This document shows positions 30,001 to 42,894 of a stretch of 64,000 bases of DNA, one piece after another. The notes below the pieces were generated by a model that was given only the letters and a program-made list of their open reading frames with translations, was not told where the DNA came from and made no database searches. Made by a program: the position numbers and the translations under genes. This stretch comes from Proteromonas lacertae. Lineage: Eukaryota. The stretch is from the NCBI GenBank assembly GCA_002245135.1, contig NGBS01000591.1:124001-188000 (forward strand), written 5' to 3'. Within the stretch, counting starts at the first letter, position 1. Each line of letters starts with the position of its first letter.

Positions 30001-30380
30001 TCTATGTATGAAAGTATAAAGAATTACAATCTGAAGAATATTGATTCATCTATTTATACTGTTACAGTTGGTCAAAAATATAGTAAAGCTGATTTTTATG
30101 TTAATGATTCTATTGAGTTGTTATCTTTATTAGAAGGATTAGCTAAGTTAGTATATATATTAACATATTATAATTATTGTTTAGAATTATAAAAGTAGAT
30201 CGTTAGGTGATATATATGGAAATTCATTTAATTCATATAAAAAGCAATAAGAAATGTGCTAGTGAGTTATTTAGTAGTATGAAAGATATAATAGAAATCA
30301 ATGTAGAAGATAATAATGATAGTGAAGCTGATGAATATGAAGATGAAGAAGAATATGATGATACTTTATGTTTAATATAA
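27080..30380 (+). CDS. CBM20 plus trehalose-6-phosphate synthase plus phosphatase fusion (TPS-like)
   Basis: CBM20 GESLFIVGNNNSLGLWKP...YPIW...IEYKY; GT20 YYGYCKSYLWP, PFPSSE, LLSE...RVNPWN; TPP IVSGR, ENG, EVRPKGVNKG, CIGNDDNDESMY. Confidence 0.9.
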
Positions 30381-30471
30381 TACATTACAATAAAAACAAC
30401 AATCAACAATAATATAATAACAAAAATATTATTAAACAACAAAAAATGTACTAATTATATTGTGTTTTACT

Positions 30472-31419
30472 CTATTCATCAAAATAAACTGGATTTTTAT
30501 ATAAAGTTTGTCCACCAAAACTACCTTTAAATATTCTAATTACTTCTAATACCATTCTTGGTCCAATTTCTATTAATTCAGTAGTACCATGTCCAGCTTT
30601 CAATTTCTTCTTTATTTCTGATTCTGTAGAAGCATTATCGATAATCTATATACATATAAACTATAATATCACTCATACTTGATAATTTCTAAACCATATT
30701 CTATGATCCATAATATAAAAGCAGAATGCATGATCAATGAATGGTTTACTCTTTGGATGATTGCATGGTACAGCAAATATTTGATTTAACATTTCTTTAA
30801 GTAATTGAAAATGAGGTTTTGAATCAAATGATTCATCAAATATTAAGAGTGGTCTAGAACCCATTAAACAATTTCCTGTTAGTTTCAATTCTTCCATTGT
30901 GTGTACTATATAACAATAATATTAGCATGTATTAAATATACCATTTGATACTAAAAATTTGACAGACTGGTCCATTTGGCGTTTTAGACATCCATAAACA
31001 TAGATCTTGTTTCTTTTTTGTCTATAACAAAAGATATAGATAGAATATATTAATACTTCAAAGAATAAACAAGAGTTACAACCTTTCATTTCTGAGATTT
31101 CGTTTAAAGCAGCTATTCCTTTTCGAATATCAAGCTAAAATAAGTGAATATATTAAATTATAAAGAATACTTTTACATCCATCTTTGCTTGAGGTAAAAG
31201 AGCTTTGAAATTCATCATTAAATGTCTATACCTTGCAATTATACCTCTTGATGCTATAATAAGTACTCTTTGTTTATTTACATATTTATTGGCTTTCTTT
31301 GTCTATGAACACAAAATCAAACACTTTCATACAACAATTTCTGTCTGTTCAGTATCAGACTCTGAGTCATCTAATGATGATGTTCTCTTTCTTTTAATGG
31401 GAAGATCTACAGATGACAT
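30472..31419 (-). CDS. BRX1: Ribosome biogenesis protein BRX1/Brix
   Basis: KQRVLIIASRGIIARYRHLMMNF, ELKLTGNCLMGSRPLLIFD, PKSKPFIDH, RIWFRNYQ, LIEIGPRMVL. Confidence 0.92.
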
Positions 31420-31504
31420 GAAAAATATCAAAATGTAAATCAATTATGAAAGGACGGGTTTTGGTTTTCTGATTCTTAATTTATAAATTAATTTCCTAAC
31501 TCTT

Positions 31505-32413
31505 ATGATGAATAAATTATTTCAATCATCCACTCATAAGTTAACAAAGATAAATTACAAAGTATTTCAATTTCTGTTATTGTGATAGATTAATTCAAAC
31601 AAAGTAGCAGTTTTGACTTTGAATAATCCTCATAAGAAAAATTCATTTTCTGGAGATACTATTAATGAAATTATAAAAGCTATAGATGATATATCTAAAA
31701 ATAGTAAAATTTGTTATTATTTATGATTATTATAGATGTAAGAATGTTAGTATTAAACTCAACAGGAAATATATTTTGTGCAGGAGCTGATTTGAATTGG
31801 TTTAAAGGAACTACACAGTATTATTTATTTTTTAATGATATAATATTTAGATTACCATTAAAAGAAGCATATTCAGCTAATTTGCCGCTTGCTTCAATGT
31901 TAAAGAAATATCATGAATTACCATTTCCTACACTATGCCTTATACAAGGTGATAGTTATGGAGGAGGGTTAGGATTAATATCTGCTTCAACAATATCAAT
32001 AGCTGTTAGAAATTCTTATTTTTGTTTTTCTGAAGCTAAATTGGGATTAATTCCTTCGATTATATCACCATATGTAGTTGATAAAATTGGAGAGAATAAT
32101 GCAAGAAGATATTTTATAACAGCTGAGAGATTTAATGCTGAAGAAGCAAAAAGAATTGGTTTAATAAATGAAATAGTAGAAAATAAAGATGAATTAAAGT
32201 TGAAAGAAGAATGCTTTATAAAACAGATTCTTGACAACAGCTCCTAATATATGTAAAGATGTGAATAATTTACTACATGCAATAAAGAATGAAAAGAGAG
32301 AAAATCTACCAAATAAATGTGCTGAATTATTATCAGAACAACTGCAGAAAGATAATGCGAAAGAAGGTATTAATGCATTTTTATCAAAAAGAAAACCTAA
32401 ATTTGTAGATTAG
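31505..32413 (+). CDS. Enoyl-CoA hydratase/crotonase, methylglutaconyl-CoA hydratase-like; possible mitochondrial presequence
   Basis: VLTLNNPHKKNS, FCAGADL, GDSYGGGLGL, FSEAKLGLIPSIISPYVV, RYFITAERF, EGINAFLSKRKPKF. Confidence 0.88.
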
Positions 32414-32487
32414 ATAGTTTGTTTTTATTTTTTAATTTTTACTATGATGGTACAAAAATAATTCAAGCAAATACTTGATAATTAAAA

Positions 32488-33014
32488 ATGACTTTTTTGA
32501 ATTTCAGAACAATGGTGAAGTATTTGAATCAATCCAATGATACAATTTCGTCCACTATTGGGAATAGATATAGGAACAATGAAAACTGGACTTGCAATAT
32601 CAAATAATATGAGAACTCATTCTTATCCTTTAGAAGTAATAAAAAATAATGGTATATTGATATTGATTATACTATATTGTAGATAATTGTTATAGAAAAA
32701 TATCAAAAGTAATATCTGAAAAGGATTGTGTTGCTATAGTTGCAGGAGCAGCTTATAATTTAGATGGTTCAGAATCAGCTGCAGTATTTAGATCAAAGGT
32801 GTTTATTAAAACACTATTTGAGAATATAAATATAAAAATACCTTGTATCTTATGGGATGAGACTGGTTCTACTCTAGATGCGATTGTGCTTATGTCAAAT
32901 AAAGGATATGGTAAAAAGAAGCAAATGAATAAAGAAGATGCAGTTGCTGCTTCAATCATTCTTCAATCTTTCCTAAAACAATTACCTTTACCTCCACAGT
33001 ATAATAATTTATAA
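32488..33014 (+). CDS. yqgF: YqgF/RuvX family RNase H-fold nuclease
   Basis: LLGIDIGTMKTGLAIS, WDETGST, EDAVAASIILQSFL; one short intron and 1-nt frameshifts. Confidence 0.8.
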
Positions 33015-33091
33015 TTAATAAGTGTATTTAATATATATAAAACAACAATAATTTAATAAAAATAATAAAACAAAACTTAAAATTGTATTAT

Positions 33092-35020
33092 TTATTTATG
33101 ATATTCTTCATATAGTTTCTTTTGTTGTTCATATTGCTTTATCAATTTCTTCTTTAAACTCTTTGATATTTCTTTCCCTTCATTATCTTTTGTTGGAATT
33201 CCATTCTCATCATATTCACTATATTTAGTTTCATCTTTAAACATTTCACTTGGAACAATTTCAGCTTGTTTTTTTCTTTCTTCTTCTTTCTTCAATTTCT
33301 CTTCTTCCATTTTCTTTTTCTTTTCTTCTTTTTCTTTCTTCATATTCAATCTAGCTTCTCTTTCCTTTAATAATTGATTCTTATCATCATATTTCCATAT
33401 TGTTTTATCATTCACATCTTCTAATCTTATTCCAACAAATGGTAAAATATCATCTCTTACTTCATCACATATATCCAATAATTCACCTGTTGATTGTTTA
33501 GCTTTAATTGCCTTACGAATCTTATCTCTAAAATTACTAATAATGTCAATATAAGGAGCAATAATCTTATCAATTGGTTCACTATTTTCAATAGAAAATC
33601 CAATTGATTTATTTGGATTAATCAAGCCAAAACATTTGAATATTTCAGTTACATAATTGCCAATGTATTCTAACACACAACTTCTTGGATTTTCTTCAAT
33701 TAAATACTTATTCATTGCTTTTACTAAATTCTCTAATTCTTCCATTACTGTTGGAGTATCAAAATCATCACATAATGCATTGTATACCTTCTCTTTAGTA
33801 TTGTTTAAATACATTAATAACTCTCTTTCTTTTTTGTCTAAATGTTGATTTCCATCAATGTTATTATTGTATAAATGAGCTTTAATATTTTGAAAGAAAT
33901 CATTAAAGAATTTCTCTTTTGTTACTGATAAATCCATAGCACCATCTGTATAGTTCAAATCTTGATCCCATTTGTGATATAAATAACATAATCTCATTTG
34001 TCTACTTGTATGACTCTTTAAAGCTTCTCTAATTGTAATAAAATTCTTTAAACTTTTTGACATTTTTAATCCATTAATATTCAAATGGCCTGTGTGTAAG
34101 AAGTAATTAACTCCTTGTTTATGATTCAAATAAGCTTCCGTTTGTGCCATCTCATTATCATGATGAGGAAATCTCAGATCTACACCACCTGCATGAATAT
34201 CCATTACTCCATCATCTTCACCTCCATCTCCATATATTTTAAATGTGTCGGTTGACATTGTTGAACATTCTATATGCCAACCTGGTCGACCATTACCCCA
34301 AGGACTTTCCCAGAAAGGTTCACCTGGTTTACTCGCTTTCCATAAGGCAAAATCACTTGGATTGTGTTTTTCTGATGTTGTAGTAGTTGTTTCTTCACTT
34401 TCTTCTGCTTCTTTTGAGTTTCCTACATTCTCTGGGACTAATTTACCATATTTATGATGTGATTTTTGAAAGGCTGGAACATCGAAGTATACTGAACCGT
34501 TAGATTCATATGCATATCCATTCTTAATGATTGTATTAATCATTTCAATCACCTCAGGGATATATTCACTTACTCTTGTTAAAATGTTAGGTTTTAAACA
34601 TCCTAAACTTTCCATATCTTCGAAGAACTCTTTCTCGTATTGTCTAGCAAGGTCAGTAAATTTTACATTCTTTTCGTTAGATCTTTTGATTATTTTATCA
34701 TCAATATCTGTAATGTTCATTACAGAGATTACATCATAATGAAATAGTCAGTCATTATTCTTTGAAGAATATCAAGTGATAAATAAGTTCTGGCATGCCC
34801 TAAATGAGAAGAATCATAAACTGTTGGTCCACAACTGTACCATAACACTCTTCTGCCATGCATAGGCACGAATGTAACCTAAAATATGCATTATTCAATG
34901 AAATTATACTTTTGTTCTTGTCAAACTGTTATACACTTTAACAGGATGAGCTTTGTTCATTAAATCACCTAAATCATTCATTGGCTTTGGTGGATACCAT
35001 GTTGGTTGTTCCTTTGACAT
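33092..35020 (-). CDS. CARS: Cysteinyl-tRNA synthetase (eukaryotic cytosolic type)
   Basis: [61 protein letters not shown]. Confidence 0.96.
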
Positions 35021-35164
35021 TTATTCTGAAAAATTCAAGAATGCAAAAATGGGTGAACCAAAATGTTTTTTATTTCCGATAACCAGAAAAATAAAAAAAC
35101 AAATTTCCGAATAAGGAAACACATAATAATAGATAGTCAAATTTCTAATTAATCTAAAAATGTT

Positions 35165-37269
35165 CTACACTGTAGCACGAACAGTAAAATCAGATTTTTC
35201 ATCACCATAGTCATTAATATTACATCTTATCATAATGCAACATTCAGCAACATTATCCTCCAATTTATACCTCTTATTATAGAATTCATTGGGAGTTGAT
35301 GAAAATATCTGATCCCTTGGTGAAGATGTCAACGGAATACAGAAATATTTCTTTACTGTTCCAGTCACAGTATCATATTTATATTTATGAGTACTCCACC
35401 ATTTTAATACATCCATACTATCATCAGGATTAACATCATGTCCAAAATAATCATTCACTATTGTATTAGCATCGAATTTTAGATTGATTAATATTATTAT
35501 TATTATTATTATTGATGGTTATATTTAAAGGTGGAGGTTGTTGTTGTTGTTGTTGTAAATTATAATTATTCATTAAATCTCCTGTTATAGAAGTATCTGT
35601 TGTTGGTAATATTGGAATAGGTATTGTTGATGATAAAGTATTTTGTTTTGGAGAAAATAAATTCTTATAATCTTTCAATGCTTTATACACTGAAAAACTG
35701 GAAGTTTTATTCATTCTATTAATATTACTATTACTATCACCAGAATTCAAAGAATTTAAATTATTATTGGATATAGTAGGAATAATCTTCTTCTTAGATG
35801 ATAAAAATTCAACATCTTTAACAAAGAATTCTTTTATTTGTTTCTTCTCCTCTTCATTAAATATAACCATATCTTTATATCTTGGATCTAATACAGATGC
35901 TAATGGAATAATAATATTCGGTGTAGCACTCCATGGGACAGCAAATTCCTTTTGAATTAATGATCTTAATTCACAACCAACAGGTGTTAATGGCAATACC
36001 CAATCATCTTCTGCGGTTGGATCTCTCAGAAATAACATAGCACAAGTACGAAGTATAGGATATATACAACTAATAGTGTGATATTTTTCACTAAATGACA
36101 TATGAACTATTTCTAATAACGGTGACATTACATCGATTAATTCTTGCAGAGATGAACGAAATTGAGTGGAATAGAAATCATTTTTTAAATCTTCAGGAAT
36201 ATAGTTTTTTATAAATTCCTGAAATATAGACCATTGCTTTTCTAAATTGATTAATGAGTTTAACAGACAAACCCAACAATCATTTTCTCTTATTGAAATT
36301 GGTTTATATTTCAACTCTTTCGTCCATTTATTGTACAAATGATAATCATTTTGAAACACATCAATCACTTTATGTAAAACAGTAATAAAGTGTAATAAAT
36401 CTAAATTCTCATGAGTTTTCATAAACAAAATTGATTTAAACAATCTATCAATTGTATCGGAGAAACAAATCATCACAGATACATTGGATGGTAAGAATTG
36501 TTTACTTATTAATGCATAAACTGAATCTGAAATTATTGACACTGAATCAATTACAATGGCTATTATCTTAGGTGTTATTGGTGCATATGGTTGTAGTATA
36601 CTTTGTATTAAGTTTGATAATAACTGTACAGTCACTGTATTTGGGTTGTATACTCTTGCACCAAGAATGGCTGATTTATAAACGAAATTGTCAGTTATCC
36701 AATAACAACCGATTTGTAGAACATAACTACCTGATATTAGTGGATAAGTTTCTATTGTTAATGAGCAGTAAGAACAACTAACGTATAGTTCTTGAGATAT
36801 TTTGAAAGTAATTTGATTTGAAAAACCTAATAAGCAAGATTTCATATTATCATCTGTTGGGATTGTGAAATTCTCAGATATACCAGCTGTTGTACAAAAT
36901 GATGAAAAAGATTGACTTTGGGATGAAATCGAAAGGTAGGCATTCCATAGAACACATAATCACCAATCTTAATGCCAATTGAGCATCTCTTTGCTTTGAC
37001 ACCTTTGGAACAGCAGTAGGCATTATTGTGTTTGGATATGGATAAACTGATGAAATGTTAAAGTTTGAATGTTCTATTGGTCTTTTATATGGTATGCCCA
37101 TATTCTTACCATGTTTCAACTGAAGATGCCTTCTCATTGCTGTAGTACTTTTGCACTTACCTCTGAACACATTGTGACCACACAAGGTACAGATAGCATA
37201 TGTGTCATTATGACTATCTACGATAAAATTTTCCCAAACAGTACTTCGCCTGACCTTTCCTAAGTCCAT
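35165..37269 (-). CDS. Domesticated hAT-transposase-derived BED zinc-finger protein A (no introns seen; two 1-nt frameshifts)
   Basis: BED finger STVWENF...CTLC...STTAMRRHLQLKH; RNase H-like core CSLTIETY...LGAR...IVIDS; LDPRYK; dimerisation domain LKWWSTHKYKY...CIPLTSSPRDQIFS. Confidence 0.85.
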
Positions 37270-37310
37270 TTTCAGAAACGTGTTCTCAAACCTAAACAAG
37301 CTTTTATTTT
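37270..37310. promoter_or_regulatory. 41-bp putative bidirectional promoter between the hAT-derived genes
   Basis: Divergent ATGs at 37269 (-) and 37311 (+); contains ACGTG (37278), TCAAAC (37286) and ACAAGC (37296). Confidence 0.55.
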
Positions 37311-39320
37311 ATGAATTCTGCCTATTGGATGAACGATCCACATAATATTAATGTGGTTCATTGCAAAATATGTGGTATCACTATATATAAAGTTACAGCT
37401 GGTGAGAGTGTGGGAATGAGGAGACATGTTAAGCTAAAACATCCATATGTTACTCAAAAGGAGTTATCCAATCCAGATATTACTATTACTAGTGCAATAA
37501 CGAATAGAGAATCCTATATAACTAACCCTAAAAGAAATTCAAAGGAAAGGCAACAGGAGGTGAAAATTCATCTCGCTTCATTTTGTGCGATTGAAGCAAT
37601 CCTTCCTACCTTTTTAAATACAGACATGTTTATGCAATTTTGTTATGTTGCTTTAGATGATCTTCTTCCTTTGATTCCATCTTCCGAATTACTTGTAAAT
37701 GAATTATGCAAATATTAGCGGGAAAATACGAGAAAATGTATAAGAATATATATTACTCTTAATAGATTATAAACGAATTAAACAACACTTGTGAATTTTG
37801 TTCTTTAACATTCCAATGTTATACTCTCAAATGTCAATTAACAGTATTACAAATATCCTGTAGGTGGATAGATAACAATTTAGATGTAAGAAATGTAGTA
37901 TTAGGATGTAAATTGTTCGTTCCAGTAATTGGTAAAACAAATGATTTAAGTGGATTAATCAAAGATATTCTATTACCTTATAACACTATATTACCTAAAA
38001 TAATATCAATTACAACACAAGCTTCTGAGGATTTAACTGGTTCTATATCTATTTTGTTTAATGATAAGTATTTTTCTGAAAATGTGACTGTTGTTGTATG
38101 TTTTGCCGATTGTCTAGATACCATGTTAAATAATTTGTTCTTTGACTTAGGAAATACTGAAGAAGAAGAAGAAACGAGATGCTTTTTATATAATTTACAC
38201 TATATTATTGCTGTTTATGAACATGATATGAATTTGATTAATAGATGGATGAATGAAAAAGGAAAACCACTTTTGTTGTTAGGTAAAAGTAAAAAGTATA
38301 TATATATAAATATTTATTTATTATTATTTATATAGATGGACTTCTTTATATCAGACTCTTACTGAAATATACAATAATTGGGATGATTTTGGTGATTTAA
38401 TGAAAGGAATTATTTCTACAGATATCTAGTATATATTATTATATATTTATGTATTCCTTAGTGATTCTTTCTTCAATAATAATACATATATAATTATAAG
38501 AGAAGTTACGCATACCTTAATGCCATTAACAGAGATCATTGAAACGTTATCAGTTGATAAAACTGCATTACCATTAGGGCTCAATATATCCATACTTAAG
38601 AACTTGTGCTAGTTTATTTTTATATGATAATGGTGAAGCATTACCAAAGTGTGAAACAAAATTGGGGATTGAATTGAGTGCAAAAAATTATCAGAACATT
38701 TGCTCAACCATGGAATAAAACTCCTCATAAGTTGATATTGGGTGGTTGTTCATTAGATCCACAATTTAAAGATTTGTCATTGTTTGAAGATGATGAAAAA
38801 ACATTAATTGAGAGTTATTTAATTGAAGAAATAAAGATAATAGAACAAATACATAAATTGGATTTTGAGGAATTGTATATGGATGATGATAATAATGAAC
38901 CTTCTTCATCTGTAGAATCGGATACTAATAAATACACTATGCATTGATACAATATTAGAGGATCTTGAGGAGCATAGGAAGAAAAGAGAAAAAAGAGGGA
39001 AAATAAAGATGAAACCAGCTGAAGATATCTTAGAAGAGTATAAAGATAAGCCAGTAAATGAAAATGACAAAATATATGATTGGTGGAAATGCCATAGATA
39101 TGAGTTTAAAGAATTAGTCTATTTGTACAAAAAATGCAGTTGTCTTCCTGCTACTGCTGCTCCAAGAGGTGAACTGTTTGTTCCTGAAAGGTTGCCATTT
39201 TACATTAAAAGAGATTTGTTAGATAGTGATCTTGCTGAATGTTGTATAATGATAAGAAGTAATATGAATGAAATTGATTTTTTAAGAGACAGTTGGCCAT
39301 CTGTTTTATTAGATGATTAA
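37311..39320 (+). CDS. Domesticated hAT-transposase-derived BED zinc-finger protein B (intron-containing)
   Basis: BED finger CKIC...MRRHVKLKH; intron 37738-37765 and further introns near 38300-38460; LDPQFK; dimerisation domain DWWKCHRYEF...CLPATAAPRGELF. Confidence 0.85.
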
Positions 39321-39504
39321 TCCAACATTATTTGAGTAATAGATTATCCTAATTTAATAATAAAAGTATTATTAATTAAAATGATTGTATTTTGGTGTGA
39401 AAAAAGAAAAAGATATTTTTGTGAATAGTTTGATTCCTATCAAACATATCTATTCATTTTCTTTTTTTTTATCAACTCAATCCATTCCTATCTTTACTAA
39501 AAAA

Positions 39505-39958
39505 ATGGCAAAAGCTGGAGGCTATCAAGGAATAAATGAATTAAAAGCAGCAGAAGAGGAAGCAAGTAAATTAATACTTGATGCTAAAAACAGTATATAA
39601 GAGTTATATAATACCAATTTAGAGAGAAAAGAAGTAATACAGAAAGCAAAGGAAGATGCAAACAAAGAGTTAGAAGAACATAAAGCTAAAAGAGAAAAGG
39701 AGTTTGCTGATATTGAAAAATCCGTATTAAACTACTATAATATCGTGTAGAAACTAGGAGGTGATAGTGAAAAACATTTACAGGAAGTAAAAGGCAAGAT
39801 TGATACAAAAATAGATGGAATGGAGTATATTTAAGATATAATATATTTATAGAAAAGAATATGCTCAAAATTCAGATAAGGTGATTGATTTTCTCGTTCA
39901 AGAAATGACAAAAGTGAATATACAAGTAAAAGCATCTCGTAAAAGTCGTCAAGATTAA
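39505..39958 (+). CDS. V-type proton ATPase subunit G
   Basis: QGINELKAAEEEASKLILDAKN...KAKEDANKELEEHKAKREKEF...NSDKVIDFLVQEM; three short introns. Confidence 0.88.
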
Positions 39959-40561
39959 ACATTTCGATAGCTGTTAACTTATAAGTTTTGTTTTTGTAAT
40001 ATTATATGAATTTTGTATGTTGTTTTACTAAAACTCCAAATCAACAAAGACTACTCACTTTTTTGTTTTAAATTATTATCTATATTATTATTATCCTCTT
40101 TATATAACAGTAATCCAATAATCATTAGATATGGAACAAGTAGAAAAAACACAAGGAAGGTAAATGGTAAAAATAAATACTTTGTACTCATAAATAAGTG
40201 CTGTATTTTTGAATTATTAGGAAAGAACGGCTAATAGATCATAATAATAAAATATACTGGTAGGAACATCGATAAAACGAAATAAATATAACCTATTGTA
40301 AATATTACTAATGTTGTAATCCATCCATTCATAATTACTTCGATACACTATCTATATAAGAAGAAATAAAGAAAAGAAATATTGTAACGACTATATTTTT
40401 GAATAATGAATAAATTGAATAACATATGCTTATATTATTATTATTTCATATTATAATTTTTCATATCTCAAAAACAGAACTAATATAAACAAAAAAGCAA
40501 AACATATAACAAATCTATTATTACACAAATTAACAAATCAACATTTGATATTACATTATAT

Positions 40562-42245
40562 CTAAATTGATACATTTTTGTTTTGAAGATTCTTCAGTTG
40601 ATTATATTGGTTTTGTAATAACTCATTCTTCTTAGTCAATTGTTCTAATTCATTTAACAAAGAGTGTCTTGCTATTAATAAATCAATAATAATATAAATA
40701 AATAAATAAATACTTCTCTTTTTACAATCTTGATTAGTTTGTGGAAACATAAGATCATATATTTTACCATCAGTATTTACAGTATCTATTAATTCATTTA
40801 ACAATTCTATTTGTCTTCCTTTTGGTAAATCATCCCAAATCTGATATGGTGATGCACACGGTGTTCCTAATTCTTTTACTGATGATAAAACTATAAATAT
40901 TAATAACATATATATATATATTATACATGGACTATCAACACTATCAGTTGAATGATTGGATGATGTTCTTTGTAGAATTTCTACTCTTCGATTTGTTATA
41001 GTATGATTATCAACAGTATTAATCTCTATTTGTTGATTATGTAGTTGCTGTTGCTGTTGTTGTTGTTGTTGTTGAACTAATAACAATTCATGTTCTATTA
41101 CATCAGCTGGTGGCGGTGGAGTTGGTAGGAAATGTTCTTCATGTTGTGGTAATTGTTGTTCAGGAGTTGATATTTCTTCACCAACTATTGTTATTGGATC
41201 TAATGGTGGTGTTGGTGGAGGAGTAGGTGGAGCATAGGTTTGCTCGTTTATAAAACTACTCATTTGTATTGGAGCTTGAATTGGTTGAATTGGTTGCATA
41301 ACTAGCGGTGGTGATTGTTCATCCATATTATTACTATAAAAATATTCTGGTGAAACCATTGATTTGCTCTGTTCAGATCGATTTTCTATAACCATATCAG
41401 GCTCAGAAAAAAATGCAGAAGTATCAAACGATTTTGGTTGTTGTTGTTGCTGTTGTTGTTGCTGTTGTATAACAATATTATCTGGTGATTGGATTATAGG
41501 TATTTCTTCTAACACTATTGGATTTGGATTTATTAATAATGGCTCCTTTTCAACTGCAGCTGGTTGTGGTAGTACAGGTGGCTCTAATGTACTATTATTA
41601 TTGTTATTATTATCGAATGATGCTGTTGGTTGTTGTTGAATCAACAATTCATCAGCTTCAAATACATGTTGTTGTTGTTGTTGTTCATTTTCATTTATTG
41701 AGTTTATTATTTGCGGAGGTTCATTCTCTTCTGGGACAGATTCTACCCTTCGTGTTGAAAATAAATCAGGATTATATACTGGCTGTGGATTTGATGATTT
41801 ATTCTCAAAAAAACATACAGATTTACTTCTACTACATTCTGGAATTTGAGAATAATGTGATAATTCGGCTGATGTAAGACTTGTTGATGTTTGATTTGTA
41901 TTATTATTATTTCTTTTACGCATAGGATTCAATGATGAAGACTTAGCCATTATTTCACTTAAAGATACATATCTCACAGGTGTTTGTGAATTACTTGAAG
42001 ATGGAGTAGAACAATTGGATTGATTACTTGCTAATGATAATGATTTTTGTATCACAGGATCCTCTGAACTAGATGCACTTCTTTTCCCCTCACTAATATG
42101 AATTGAGGCTATTAAATATATTATTTTATCACATACACGTTTCGCTCGAAGATCTTCTATGTAATATAGGACAATATTGAATAACAAATCTTCCTACTCT
42201 GTAAGTAGTGTTATTTTGTTTAGTCTCGTGTTGAATCTTATTCAT
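40562..42245 (-). CDS. Q/P/S-rich disordered protein with a C-terminal leucine-zipper-like coiled coil
   Basis: ATG 42245 (MNKIQHETKQNNTTYRVGRFVIQ); poly-Q and poly-P tracts; LLNELEQLTKKNELLQNQYNQL. Confidence 0.6.
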
Positions 42246-42372
42246 TCTGTGTATTGAAAATCAATATTAACAAACCTAAACAGAATTAGAAGAAAAAATA
42301 AATCAATCAAAAATTACTGAATTATTTACATTTTGACGTGTAATCGTTTTTTAAATTTTGTTTTTATAAAAT

Positions 42373-42827
42373 ATGGCTGATGCTAAGGGTGATACTCTAG
42401 GATATCAAATCAAACCTAATCCTACAGAAAAGTATATTCATTCGAATATATATATTTAGATTCAATGTAAACTATGCTAAAAATATAATCAAAACTGCTT
42501 TAAAAGAGAAATTGGCAGAAGCAAAATATGAAGTATTGTAATATTTCTATATTTAGAGAGATAATGCTCCTACTTGGACAAGAGAATTATCATATACAAT
42601 AAAAAGCAAATTGAAGGGTATATAATACATTATTAATGTTTATAGAATTAAATTTACCCCGTTATAAATATGTAGTACAAGCGGTAATAGGAGAACAAAT
42701 GGGTCAAGGAATTAGAATTGGTAGTAGATGCTTCTGGGATTCATCAATAGATTTTATGGTCAGTGAAACATTTTCAAATGATAGTCTTTATTGTGTTGCA
42801 ACAGTTTATGCTATTTATTATTATTAA
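42373..42827 (+). CDS. Tctex1-type dynein light chain, TCTEX1D2-like
   Basis: YQIKPNPTEKF, LNLPRYKYVVQAVIGEQMGQGIRIGSRCFWD, NDSLYCVATVYAIYYY; three introns. Confidence 0.9.
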
Positions 42828-42894
42828 TTTGAGTATTTTATACTATTTGTTTTGATTATACAATTATATAAACAAAAGATATTAATTCTATTAT

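Noticed and set aside
35021..39504. Active hAT transposon or composite element
   Set aside because: No terminal inverted repeats or target-site duplication seen, and catalytic residues are altered in both ORFs
40013..40470. Small membrane-protein gene between V-ATPase G and the Q-rich gene
   Set aside because: A hydrophobic minus-strand reading with an intron-like segment exists, but there is no reliable start, continuous frame or recognisable family
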